Source: Marsupella aquatica
Taxonomy: Eukaryota; Plantae; Marchantiophyta
Assembly (NCBI GenBank): GCA_973895155.1
Contig: OZ316891.1
Span: forward strand, 28,711,145-28,775,144
Reading direction: 5' to 3'
DNA length: 64,000 nt
The notes under the pieces were generated by a model, which had not been told where the DNA came from, made no database searches, and was given only the letters and a program-made list of their open reading frames with translations. Below are positions 38,123-50,207 of this stretch, in pieces. The stretch's first letter is position 1, and the number at the start of each line of letters is the position of its first letter. The position numbers were made by a program, and so were the translations under genes.

Positions 38123-39394
38123 TTCTTACTTAGCCATTTCCAGGCTTTTCACTTATTGAATCGTTGTTTTGACTTTTTGAGGAGTATGAAGAGGCATGTC
38201 TCTTCGACCCTATGACCTCTTACCCTGTAGGATTTTACTATAAGACCCCTCCACCACTAGTGTAGAAGTATGGTAAAGTCTAGCAATTTTTGCCTTTCCT
38301 TGGTGTTCTGCCAGTTGATCATGAATGTTAAGAGTTCAAGATCAAGCTTGACACCAGGAGAAGACTTTCCTCCTTCTTGTGGTTTAATTCTTTGAATAAA
38401 TCATAGGAAGTAAAATTCCTTTTGTACAAATCTTTTGAGTTGTGATGACAGATTCCTTGTTGGTGACTCATTGCAATCTCTTGAGTTCTTGAAGTTAACT
38501 CACTGAGTTTAAGTCTTATTTGAAATTGATGGATTTTCTTTCATGTTGCTTAGTACCATCTAAATGTTGAAGTAGCTACCTTTTAGATTTTATCTGAGTA
38601 CCACTTAGAAAGAAAGGATAAGACATGTTTACGGCATTTTAATAGGTACTCTAGTAAGCATTTTAGATCTGAAAAGCAAACGTGGATTTGAAACCTTAAG
38701 TCTTTTCATTTTGACTTATGTCTAAGGAGTAACCTTGGTCTATTCCAGACTCCCTTAGCGTACTTTGAGATTATTTTCTCTTGTGTCTTGTTAATCATTC
38801 CTTTTTCATTAATTTATTGTTACCCAATGCTGAGTTACCATTGAAAACTACTCACCGCTGTGGAGCGATCTTCAAAATACCTTATTAAAGTAATCAATTC
38901 TGATTACTATGTGTTAAAGAGAGTTCTTAAACTCTCATTTGTGTTTTTATGTATCAAACCAACCCCATCTTGTTCTTAACGGGAACGAATACCGAGTTTA
39001 GAGACGTAAAAGAGTTCTTTTGGTTCTCTATAGCAAACTACATTCGATATGGAGGATAGTATTATATCCCGTTTAGAAACGGATCACGGTATTACAAACG
39101 TTCCATTGTACTTCGCACGGCTTGGTCAGTCGAGGAGCGGATGCTGGTACGGTGTCTTTGTACGTGGAGTGTCATCCGTACCCAATGGCGGTCACTCTTT
39201 GGAATAGTCATGCAAATGTTTTTAGGGGTATCAAGCCCAGTGGTGAACCAATGGATCATTCTTCTTTGCCGCGCTCTCAAACTTCTTTCTCCGCCTCCTC
39301 TCTACAGACTACAAACTCAAGCAGAAGAGTGACTCGGTCGACAGTAGAGTGGCAAATTCTTTTCATAGGCTTGAAAACACGAAGAAGATCAGTC

Positions 39395-39850
39395 ATGTCT
39401 CAAGACACACACAATGTTCCGATGGGAGGCAGCAAAATTCTGGACGCGTTCTCCAAGGTGCTTGCTCATCACTCTCTTTTGTTTGGGCTGAACGAAAGGG
39501 GGGACATGCAAGAACCTCCTAGGATTCCACTTTGTCGACTCATGAATATGGACTTGGTGAGGTTGCTCCAGGTGCAATCGGGAGCTATCGACAATCTTGT
39601 CTCCAAGTTCAAGACGAATGGATACGTTGACAAGTTGGCCAAGTTTTATGTTTCTGTCTGTGATGCGGAAGGTGTTGAGATTCTGGTCACCGAAGATATT
39701 CGAGCAACTTGGGATGATGTTTGGGTTCAGCAAAATGCCGCGTTTGAAGCAGAATGTGACGAGAATCCAGAATTTTCGTGCCTTAAGGACAAGATGTTTT
39801 TGGTTTTTGATGGGAACCATCGTCTATATTTGTGGATGATAGTGCACTCA
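39395..39850 (+). pseudogene. Truncated ParB/Sulfiredoxin-like N-terminal domain protein
   Basis: IPLCRL..VR...V..L...F...GY layout followed by FLVFDGNHR (ParB/Srx DGxHR motif). The sequence changes character shortly after the motif. Confidence 0.55.
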
Positions 39851-40606
39851 TCAGTGGATGAAGAAGATACGGAGACTCCCATGCAGATAGTGTCGGCGAC
39901 GGCCGACTGAAGCATGGGTGATATCCCTAGCGGGAACAGAAGTCGGGCCGCTCGCATTTGGCCGACTGGATCCTTCGTTGCGTCCCACAGTTGGGGCATT
40001 CTTCGTCTTTGAGATGAGTTTCCCCTTCTTCAAGATTGGAACCGTCGTCCTCTTGTCCCGAGGTGGTAAGCTATTTGATGCGGGGGTCTCCCGGTCGGTG
40101 TCACTTGGGACAAGTGCCTCCTCCTTTGCCTTCCCCCATGGAGGTGCCATTGAAAGTGAACTAGGACGAGAACAAGAAGCGCGAACAAGAACGTGAAGGA
40201 GGACAACAGCGTGAACTAGGACGAGAAAGAGAAACGAGGACGAGAAGGAGAACAAGAACGTGCACGAAAGCCAAAAAGAACAACTGGGCCCAAATGCGAG
40301 AACGGGAACCACGCACCCGAAAGATGAGCCACAACTGCGACTCAATAAAGAATGGCTTGACAATGAGGACATCGGAGGAGAACGACTAGATATAAGGAGA
40401 TTTTGCACTTGGTCCTGGCTGCCCACTTCAAAGAGGACCCTCTGATATAACTTTTGTGGACGCTTCCTCTCTGACACATTTGGACCCGAACGGATCGGAT
40501 TCGCGAAGATCCAGTGGAGATCTTAAAGCGTGCCAACTTAATGACTCGTACTGTATCGCGTTATCGTACTTATCCTTCCATTGAATGTTTTCAAGTCCAT
40601 TGAAAT

Positions 40607-43115
40607 AGGTAGCGCTAGGCGCTATTATTTATTGCCTTCGTACTCCTCACCCAAGAATGTTTTCACCCAGAGGTAGCGCCAGGCGCTATTATTATTGGCA
40701 TTCGTAGTCCTCACCCAAGGGTGTTTTACACATAGAGGTAGCGCCAGGCGCTAGTAACTATGAACCCGAATCCTGCCGTTGGTAAGACGACAAAACGTCA
40801 TTGATGGAGTGCGTCCAAATCTATAACGACTCTATAATGAGAATGGAACGTTTACTTCTCGTACTCGAATCTCATGATAAACATATTTCATTTCACGTGG
40901 GGCAAATGCATATCCCTCTTTTGAAGCCATGGCTCAAAATATCGTTGTCACGAGGAAGGACACTCTGGATGTAATCACAATTCCCGTCCTCGAATCATCT
41001 GAATCAAAGCGTGTTTCAGAGGAATATTTGGGAGTGAGATTTGATGTCACCAAGGAGTCTATTTTAGCGATCTCGTTAGTGTCGGTTTGTTTGGGGGAGA
41101 CTCCAGTTTTCTATGATGTTGTTCATGGTCTAAGATATTGGACTCTAGAGGCTCAGAAAGAATATGAGGTTTTTGTTTTGAGAGATTCTGGGGCCTCCTA
41201 TACTTGTCCTCCCACAATGGCTGAACTCGATGTCATCGAACTCTCGGAAAGTTCTGGAGATGATAAGCAAGCGACAACTACTCTCGGAGAGAAGATTCTA
41301 GTTTACCCATCCGAGGTTAAAAAGGAGTCTAATGCGGATTGAGAAATGATTGTGCCTTTGACTGTGTACCGGCAGAGTGCAATGGATACAATCTTGAAAT
41401 CCAAAGGTCATAGTGAATTGTCTCGGTTTATAAGGGGGAGTGATTTTGTTCATCACGTAGTGCCTAGTCTTCCCACATCTTACAATGGGAATGTGGTTTT
41501 TGAGTTACCCCCGGTAGACTGTGTGAACGCAACAGGTGAACGTTTGAAAGATATGGATCGTGGTAAGGATTGTTATTATTGGACTCGGATTGTGAAAGCG
41601 TCTTCAAATGTTCTTCCGAAGAAAATGTGGGATTTTGGGAAAGTCCAGTGTACGGGATCGCTGCAATGTCGAAATAATGCTTGTCCGTGGTGGAAAGACA
41701 ACAAGTTTCGAAATAATGAGATGTGGGCAAGAACCCCAAAACTTTTGGGCCCATTCCGAGTTGGGGAATTGATCTCCGAAGGTGGAGTTGTTTGTCACCA
41801 TTGCTCCAAACCTCCGATGTGCGTTGAGGCCTGCCCTGCTCTAATGTTCTACATGTATCCATCTGCAAAAGTTGACGTTAAGTCTTTGGCCCACATATCG
41901 CGACTAGCTGTTCATATGGGATCTCACAATCATCCCAGTTGACGGGTCTTTTCGAGGGAGGCAGAAAAGGTTGCAAAGTCTCATCTGGAGAAGGGATTCA
42001 CTGCAAACCCGATGGCGACTGAGACACTGACAAATACATTTTGCGAGGCCTCTATTGAAGAAATCTCTCTTGAAGAAGAGAAGGAAATCTGGGAGTCCCT
42101 GATGGTCGTCGCATCTCCTCAGAAGTTTGCATCCGTGTTAAGGGTGTTCGTCAAGATCAGAAGGGGAAAGGGGAAATGGAATTTCTTGTGAGGATGCAAA
42201 AGTGTATCCGACTACCTTTTCTTCATAGGTTCTTGCTCCCTGGTCAAGGCTGTCGGGATGAGAGTGCTCATATCTTTAAAATGACCGTAAAAGGTGACGG
42301 TAGTGGTCTGGACCTGCTCCAAAGAATGAAACCTGGTGGGTCGTTAGAGGGTTCATGGGTAAGTTTTGACGTGATGCATCGAAGCACGGCAGATTGGCTT
42401 ACTTTCAGTGCCCATGTATATGATCATCATTACCGGGCACTTTGCACCATATTCACTAGTGAGCTAAAGGCCAAAGATGCAACATCTCTGGAGAGAGCCT
42501 GGCGTTTGATGTTAGAGGTTGCCGATGAAAATGGTTTACAGGATGTTACAATTCGGGGATTCATGGCGGACAATGCTCAGGCTGGTTGGAATGCTGTTCA
42601 AAACGTGTTCTTTGACGGTGTACCCGACCCAGAGCAAGAAAGATCAGATGCCATTCATTTTTGCCAATCTTTTCATCGTCATTCCCGAGAAGGTGTAAAA
42701 TATGGAAAGCACGTAGAGCACAAGGAGATGTGGGATCGTCTTCGGAACACGCCAACTTTCTTGAAAGCATATCAAATCTCTAGGGAAATCGATGACTGGT
42801 GGAGGTCTGGCAATTGTCACTCAGGCAAACTTCGGATGCTGCAAGGGTGGCTGTCTTGGTGGGTTGTCCGATGGAGACAATGGGGGAACTTCATAAGACT
42901 GGTGAGTTATACACTTCTCTAGGATGCATGTTCCCATTAATAGCGCTCGGCGCTAGTGAAGCATGTGTGAGATAGAAGGGTTCCTTATCTGCAATAGTAG
43001 CGTCGAGCGCTAATAATCCATTTGGACTATGAATGATGTAAGGACTACCTTTATTCTATGTTAAACGGTTCTTTACATGGAAATATCATCATCAGTTTAT
43101 TAGCATCTGGCGCTA
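40607..43115. repeat. TAGCGCCAGGCGCTA-type palindromes in copy C
   Basis: 40610, 40674, 40739 (inside a ~64-bp tandem repeat) and 42941, 42998, 43101 (intron). Confidence 0.9.
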
Positions 43116-44718
43116 CTGTTATTTTCATTGTGTTGCCACTTTTGTGTGCAATTTCTTACATGTACTAAACCCTTGCGTGCAACGTTTCAGAGCAAGAGTG
43201 CCGAAGAGGCTGGGATGATTCCTAATTGTACTGGTTCGGAATCTAGGCATGCTGGAATGAAAGCATGGCAACAGAAAAAAAAAGGTTGGTCTATTTGAAG
43301 GATGTAAAACGGACCAAAATAGAGCGGTTGCTCAAATTGCTGCTTATACTGCATACAAAAGGGGATTGAGCAGAGGAACTGGCCCAACTATTTTTGAGCT
43401 TGCCTTCAGATCGGCGGACCTGGCGGGGTCACCGCGTCTCTTTGAGGAAGCCACCAATCTCCTCCTGTCGAACGCTGCTGAGTTTTATTTGGAAAGAAGC
43501 GTTCCATTGAATGGTGATGTTGTAACTCGATCGGTGAAATGAAAAGGACATGCAACTGGGAACGTCTCGGCAGAAGACTCGCACAGGCATGATACCATCC
43601 TTGTTACTTCACCAAATACAAAAGGTTTGAAAAGGAGAAACCTGCATTCCACTGATTTCAAGAAAATGCCTGCTACGCCTTCAGCCGGTGGAATTGATGC
43701 GGTCCATAATTTGTCAGAAAGCGATGCTTCTGAGGAAGTTGTGGTCATTGACACACCTACGCGTCGAGCAACGAGATCCTCTGTCCCACCAGTGACGCCT
43801 GCAAGACCTGTCCCGACTGCATATTGTCATTCAGTTTCCCCAATGGAAAGTGAAGTACCTCCCGGTGCCTGGCAGTTGCGTCGGACCTCAAAATGGGGTG
43901 CGGGTCCAGTGTGTAACAGAACCCTTGGACGGGGAGGTAGTCGTGATGAATGTCGAAATCGAGTAAAGAAGGTTGGTCTTCCGAATCCAGATGGTGTTGT
44001 TGCAATTTTCGTGAGAGGATGCAGAATGTTCAGGGGGCAACCTTATAACGATCAGATATGGTTTTGCCCCAACAACCACTGTCACCGAAGCACAACAAGG
44101 AGAGGAGTCTCGAACATTCCCAATGTTCCTTCACATCTCCCAATTGCCAGAGGGACCAATCTTTCTGGAGCAGAGATTCAATTTTTGAAAGAACAAGGAC
44201 TTATTCTCTCCGAAGGCCGTGGAGATGAAATCGAAGCACCGTTGCCTTCTGCGTTACGGATTGATGTCAATCTTTTCCCGGAGAGGATCAACCTAACTGA
44301 CCCATCTGTGAGGTGCGCTTCAAGGAACGGGAAGAAATGCTTGCAAAGAGTGCATCTTACTCAAACACATTTGAAGAGAATTGAAGCCTCTGAAAAAGAA
44401 GTGATGAGCGTCATTGGAGAGAGAGAGATCACGAGTGGAAATGCGTCGGGGAAACAATTTTGTATCCGGACCCATGAACATGAGAGATCAGTCGCCTCTT
44501 ATTGGGTTCAGATATGTTGTTTCCCATGTTGCTCCTGCGAGGATTTCTACCGTCGGCATACTTATCGGAAGCCTTACATGCCTTGCAAACATGTGTATTG
44601 GGTGTTCAACAATGTGTTCAAACTGGATGTGCTCGATTCGACATTATGTAGCCAGCCAATTCTAACATTGGGAGAAGTCCGTTACATACTTGATAGGCAG
44701 TTGGGAACGAGAACGTAG
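40929..44718 (+). pseudogene. Two-exon GCM-like/DDE/SWIM transposase, copy C (several stops and frameshifts)
   Basis: Exon 1 to 42901, intron 42902-43190, exon 2 SKSAEEAGMIPNCTGSES...; same motifs as copies A and B. Confidence 0.88.
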
Positions 44719-45173
44719 ACTGTTGCTTTATCGTTGAACAACTACAATTGTAGTTTGTCTTTTCTAACGGGCAGAAGTGTGAGTTCTTAAAGTGTTGTTT
44801 TTTTAGGGTTGTATGACTTTGTTTCGACTTCATATTTCGTGGCAATATATTGGAGTCCTTGTGTGAAATTATCAAGAAATTTCCTCTGATGTTGTACAAT
44901 GGTGGGACCCACCATAATATTGTCCGCACAATTATTGCATATATGGATGCTACATACCGTGAAGAGAAGAAACTAAAATGCATACAAGAAAAAAAAATAC
45001 TCATACAAGAAAACAGAAACTCATACAAGAAAACAGAAACTCGTACGAGTAAATAGATATGCTCATACGAGGAACTTGTTTACTCGTACGAGACAAAATT
45101 TTGCTTGTACGAGGCAAAATTGGCTCGTATGAGAATATCTATTTACTATTTGCTAGCACGGTGGTTATACCCC

Positions 45174-46593
45174 TTACCGTTTCACGAAAAGCTGAAATCT
45201 CTATATCAGTCATTAGTCCATCATCACCTATTCTCAACTTGCTTAATGATTCCTTTGTGAAAACATGGCCAATACCTTTAGCTGGTCTCAAACAAGGCTC
45301 TTGACTTGCCTTCTCAATCATCTCTCTTGCCTCGGGTGGCAATGGTATAGCAGCAGGACGAACCTTTTGCTCCACAATTTTGTAGTTAGTGTGGACAGCC
45401 ACATCAGGCCTTAACAAACGTGTTAGCTCCAAATAGAACTCTCGACCAACCTCTATCTCACTCTCACCCTTAACAATCTCACCCAAAATCTGTACAAAAG
45501 AAGGGTTATGGCCCTTCTCATAAAAAATGCCAAAAACTTGCTCATCATTTGGTAAGTCACCTAAGTAGTGCATTCGCTTCTCCCACTTACCCATCTTTTG
45601 GTTTTCCATAGTTGAGCATCCTTCCCTACTTAAAAACAAAACCTGGCTACACTTAGAAAACCCACAAAAAGAATTAGCAAACAACTCATCAGTATTTACA
45701 TCACAAGACGGAGAAATGAAACTGACACCTTAACTTGCTCCTCCAACACATCAAACAAGGCACCTAATTGAAATTCATTTCAGACTCAGTCTCCCTCAAC
45801 TCTCTCCTATGTCTCTTGTGGTTAGGGGAACAAGTAGGAAATTGCACAACCCTAAGGCCATCTCTACTTCGAATCTTAGCAAAGTGAGTCCCATCATCCA
45901 AAACCTTGGTCTCCATCCTCATCTCAGTGATGAATGGCTGCCCTAAAATAACGCAATAAGGAAGGTTAATATGAACAAAAATATTCATGGGCTCAACAAT
46001 GTTGCCAATCCTAGTTGTTACCCTAGGGCAAGCACCCCACAAGGCATTATGATCCCTGTTAATGCCATTCACACCCCACTCAATATCTTGATCAACAAAG
46101 AATTTTCCTTCCTCATAAACCCTCATAGACATCAAGTTAACCTCAGACCTTGAGTCAATCAAAGCTCTCAAGGTTCCTTCAACTCCTCTCACCTCAATCT
46201 CTAGCTCAGTACAAGCTCTTGCCCAAAAGGATTCCATGAAGGACTTCCCTCCCCACCCTAAGGACTTGTTGACAATACTGAGGGTAGCATCATACACCCT
46301 AGTCCAATTGTAAGCACTATCACTCATAGGTTCAAAGTTCCTACTAATTGTAGGAAGCTCCTCATACTCATCTTTTACTGGACAACTGTTTTTTTTACAT
46401 TTTCTGGCAGAAACTATCCAAGCTTTTTTAGAACTTGAGAGGGGAGGCTCAATATTAGGAAAACAATCCTGAGTGGTTTCGACTTTGGTCTCTCTACCTT
46501 CAACTTGCAACTCATCCTTCTCACTCTCCCTCACCCTTTTAAGCCAATCTTTCTCTGCACAAGACAGGTTAGGAGCAAGCTCACAAGGATCCA
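45174..46593 (-). pseudogene. Ty3/gypsy gag-pol remnant (protease and pre-RT linker)
   Basis: ALIDSRSEVNLM...ILGQPF aspartic protease and YKIVEQKVRP linker; cut by transposon C. Confidence 0.8.
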
Positions 46594-46742
46594 TGTAGTT
46601 TGCTATGAAGAACCAAAAACACATTTATAGGTCTTCAAACTCGGTATTCGTTCCCGTAAAGAACAAGATGGGGTTGATTTAAGAACTCTCTTTAACACAT
46701 AGTAATCAGAATTGATTACTTTACTAAGGTATTTTGAAGATC
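46594..46742 (-). repeat. 3' terminal fragment of the 35022-39042 LTR family, inverted
   Basis: Reverse complement of ~38867-39042 with an internal deletion; ends ...GCAAACTACA. Confidence 0.85.
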
Positions 46743-48596
46743 TTTGGACACATTTCAAAGTTTATATGGAGAGCTTTGATCTTGAACTCAAATCAAAGGC
46801 TTGTGAGGACACGACACCGTTTGAGGAGGGAGTTATGTAATATAGTACATTAGTTAGAAATGATAGAAAAATTATAAATTTTGAACTTTTTCTAAGTCAA
46901 AGGTGCAGTATAGCTACATTTTGTAACCATTTAGATCGACTGGACACTTTACCTAATACCATGCTACACCGAAGGCTTCTTCATGTACTTGATCTTGAAC
47001 GACAACGGAAGTCCTTACCTTTCTATCGGCATCACACTCAGGATATGGATGCAATTCGAGAAGCTATTCAGACCAACACCTACACCAGAGCTCAGCAACC
47101 AAATTCCACGACGCTACTCCAACAAGATTAGCTCTACTATGACCATAGTTAAGTCATATAGATCTACGCAATTTTAGTTAAATAGTTAAAGTAGTCAGAA
47201 AAGTCTCATACTTTTCCAGGAGATAGTCCTTACGTAGTAGAACCTACCCTGAAAATCTCAACTCAAACCGACCTGTGGCTTGAAAGTTAAAAATATTTTA
47301 GTTTTGTTGTTTTCTGCATAGACGCGAAAGCGCTTGTGCGCCTATGAGCTTATGCGCGCATACGCCCAGCACTTAGAAAATTTTCCGGTTTTTTTGTTTT
47401 CTGCAACATTTTTAACACTTTTACCTATTTTATTGAGATACTTAGGCACCTCAGAAAAGTCTCATATTTTGCTAGCATGAAGAATATACATCAGAGACCA
47501 CTTCAACGAAGTCTCACCTTTTTATGACGTTTATTTTAGAAATTAAAATTTGGATAAAACCCCTATTCATTAGTTTTACCAAAAATTCCCTTTTACAATA
47601 GTTAACACCTGAAATGTCTTTTAGTTAACTTTTCATTCCAGGAACATTCCACTGAACCTTAGGTACTTTTGTAGTACGATTTTATTATTTTACTTTTACC
47701 CATGACCCTTAAGATAAGAAAGGGCATGTCCTTTCATTATCTTATTTCCCTTTGGTTCCTCCTACCCTATAAGTAGTTGAATTTCTGTTACTTTTAGTGT
47801 GAAGAAATTTCATGAGCGCTCAGTTGCAAGATTGCAACTTTGTTACCTCCATTTGTAACAAGCACTCCATTGTATATGAGTACTTAATACAAATGAATTC
47901 TTCTCCCTTCAAGTCTAAATGAATGAGAAGTTTGGACCCTTGAAGTAAAATTATTGTGATTGTTAAATCTTTTGAGTATGTGTAAATAGATTCCTTGTTG
48001 GTGATGTTTCACATATTCCTTAGTTCTTGATGCATAGTTTTTGACGTGACATTGTTTGTGCACGGGATGCAAAGATTGTTACTTACCAATTACTTATGGC
48101 TTCAAATTTGATTATGATGGTGTCTCTTATTTGTGACATAAAGTACCGATTGGATGCTGAAGTGATTGGTTGTTAATCTTAACTTAGTACCTCGAAAAGA
48201 AAGGTTGGGATCTGTAGACGACACCCTAACAACCATCCCAGTAAAGTATTCCATTCCAGAAATGTTCTTACAAGTTCAATACTTTAAATCATCTCAAATG
48301 AAGTTATGTTGAGGAGTCACCTTGGTTGTTTCCTAACTCCCTCACCATACCTCAAGATTTTCATTGTGTTTTGTTAATTGTTTCCATTTGTTAATTTTAT
48401 TTACAATGTTAAGTAGACATTCAAATCTATGCCTTGCTGAGCAATCATAGTAAAAGGCTCACCTTTGTGTTTTTGTTACTTAAGTCATTCAAAAGTGCTA
48501 AATCATAGAAAATCATTCCTTACATGTTCTTCCATGGGAACGAATACCGAGTTTTGGATCTTAAATGTTTATTTATGTCCCTAGTATGATACTACA
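46743..48596 (+). mobile_element. 3' end of a Ty3/gypsy element (probably chromovirus-type): pol tail, PPT and 1761-bp LTR (46836-48596)
   Basis: ...FDLE...EDTTPFEEG tail, PPT GAGGAGGGAGTTA, termini TGTAATA...TACTACA. Shares GGGAACGAATACCGAGTTT, AGATTCCTTGTTGGTGA and AGGAGTNACCTTGGT blocks with the solo LTR. Confidence 0.75.
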
Positions 48597-50066
48597 GGAC
48601 ACCTTTTGAAGGGAAAGGAATTCAAGGTAATCCCTAAACCCTAAACCCTAAGATCAGTAGAAAGCAATTGTCCAAGTTTTCTCTTGAATTCCAAGAGAAG
48701 CTCCTCTGGCCCCAACCCCTTGTTCCTCTCACGAATCCAGTCCAAAAAGGTACCCTCAGTCATCCTATCAGAATCAGACATCACACCTTGCGTGTGAAGG
48801 AGAAGATGTCAAGAAGATCCCTTGTCCAAGATTAATAGTTATAGTTTAGATTGGGATATTTCAGGATAATCATTGGATTCTGGCTAGTGGGGTCCTGTGG
48901 CTATGTGAGAAACGGGCAAGTTGAAGACATAAGGCCGGTCAAATTTCCACCAAAAGTGGACGAGACCTTTTTGGCGAGTTGTAGGAGACCTCTTTGGCTA
49001 GTTGTAGCCACTAAAAAAACTGGGCCGGTCAAATTTCGACCAAAAGTGGAGGAGACCATTTTGGGGACTTTTAGCCACTAAAAATATTGTTGGTCGGTGC
49101 CGTAGGTTCTGAGAAGCCATACGTATTAAATTACTATTTTGCATATTTAATGAAAAAGTCATTAACTGTATCACGGTATCCGTTATTAGATCAAAATTAT
49201 TTTACTAATTTATTTACAAGAGTGGACCCAGGGTTCGAACTTTGAGATTGACCCTGTAGCACTCTTGTCTTTATCCACACCAGATGGGAAACAACTTGTT
49301 AACAATGACCTGGCAACAACGTGTGTAATTATGAGTGGCGAGGCAGCTTTGTGTAGAGGTTTCATGGAAAACCCATTTGTTTCATCCCTTACTGACCATA
49401 CTCTCGTGGCTTTCCAAAATGACCCTAAACCCCTAATGTAATATTCTTTTTTGTATTTATATGGATGACTATGAGCCATAATCTGCTGAAAACCTGGCTT
49501 GAGGGTTATGAAATGTTGATCCCCACTGCTCGCTCACCTCCAGGGTTATCCAATTTGCAGGTCAGAATAGAGCAAAAGTGCACTTGGGGGTTAGGAGCAT
49601 TAACCCCTGGCCACTCAGGGGCCACAGCTCTAACCCCCCTCAGGCTCATTGCTCTCATGGATTACATCCCATAACCCCCTTGGGCCCACGAGTTACCCTA
49701 TGTGTAATTTTTAAGGGATTTTCTTGTCCATCAAGGTGGCCTATGTCACTTTGTCCAGAGTTAAAGATATTAAGAATACTCTTAATAAAATTTTCCTAGT
49801 TTAATTTTTGGCCAGTAGATGTCCCCACATTCAAGGATGCCCGTTAGGTCTTTTTACATTAAAGGATAGCCATCAGATTTGGGCTAATGGAGTCTGTGGC
49901 TAGGCAGGATCTACTGTAGCTAATTTTAGCCAAAAATGACAGACAGTTTTCACTGGGGTGGAATCTAGCAGATTTTAGCCACTTAAAAGAAAGATGCTCC
50001 CAGTGATTTTATTTCTATTCACTTTTGTTGTGGAAAAGGAGGAAGGCAGCCGTAAAAAAAATTTAG

Positions 50067-50207
50067 AAACTAGCTGAATTTACTAATATGGCCCCAAAAC
50101 TACTTGAATTTGCTAACATGGCCCCAAAACTACTTGAATGTACTAACATGGCCCCCAGACTATCTGAATTTTACTAACATGGCCACTAAACTACTTGAGT
50201 TTAGTAA
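50067..50207 (+). repeat. 30-bp tandem array (~4.5 units, AACTA(C/G)(C/T)TGAATTTACTAACATGGCCCCAA)
   Basis: Visible periodicity; reverse complement of the array at 50987-51313. Confidence 0.9.

Larger units (their letters stand above)
35022..39042 (+). mobile_element. Solo LTR, 4021 bp, containing a long ORF; TSD TTCGA
   Basis: TGTGAGTATTG...CAAACTACA termini; TTCGA at 35017-35021 and 39043-39047; no gag/pol inside. The 3' end recurs at 46594-46742, and a related LTR lies at 46836-48596. Confidence 0.9.
23063..39850 (-). mobile_element. MULE-like DNA transposon copy B (3' end intact at 23063, 5' end lost); hosts the copia and solo-LTR insertions
   Basis: Starts GGGGTATA (reverse complement of TATACCCC), has a homologous transposase and its own palindrome variant. 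The right boundary is approximate. Confidence 0.75.
39851..45173 (+). mobile_element. MULE-like DNA transposon copy C (3' end TATACCCC at 45166-45173, 5' end lost)
   Basis: Homologous transposase, A-type palindromes, subterminal CTC(A/G)TAC(A/G)AG repeats at 45000-45135. Interrupts a gypsy ORF at 45174. The left boundary is approximate. Confidence 0.8.

Noticed and set aside
15243-43115. Palindromes as CRISPR repeats, integron attC sites or terminators
   Set aside because: Irregular spacing, only 15 bp long, no U-tract, and confined to eukaryotic transposons.
23063-45173. Copies B and C as one composite transposon with GGGGTATA...TATACCCC TIRs
   Set aside because: The flanks do not form a TSD and belong to different host retroelements; B and C also carry different palindrome variants.
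48631-48650. Telomeric CCCTAAA repeats
   Set aside because: Only about three units; such interstitial telo-boxes are common in plants.
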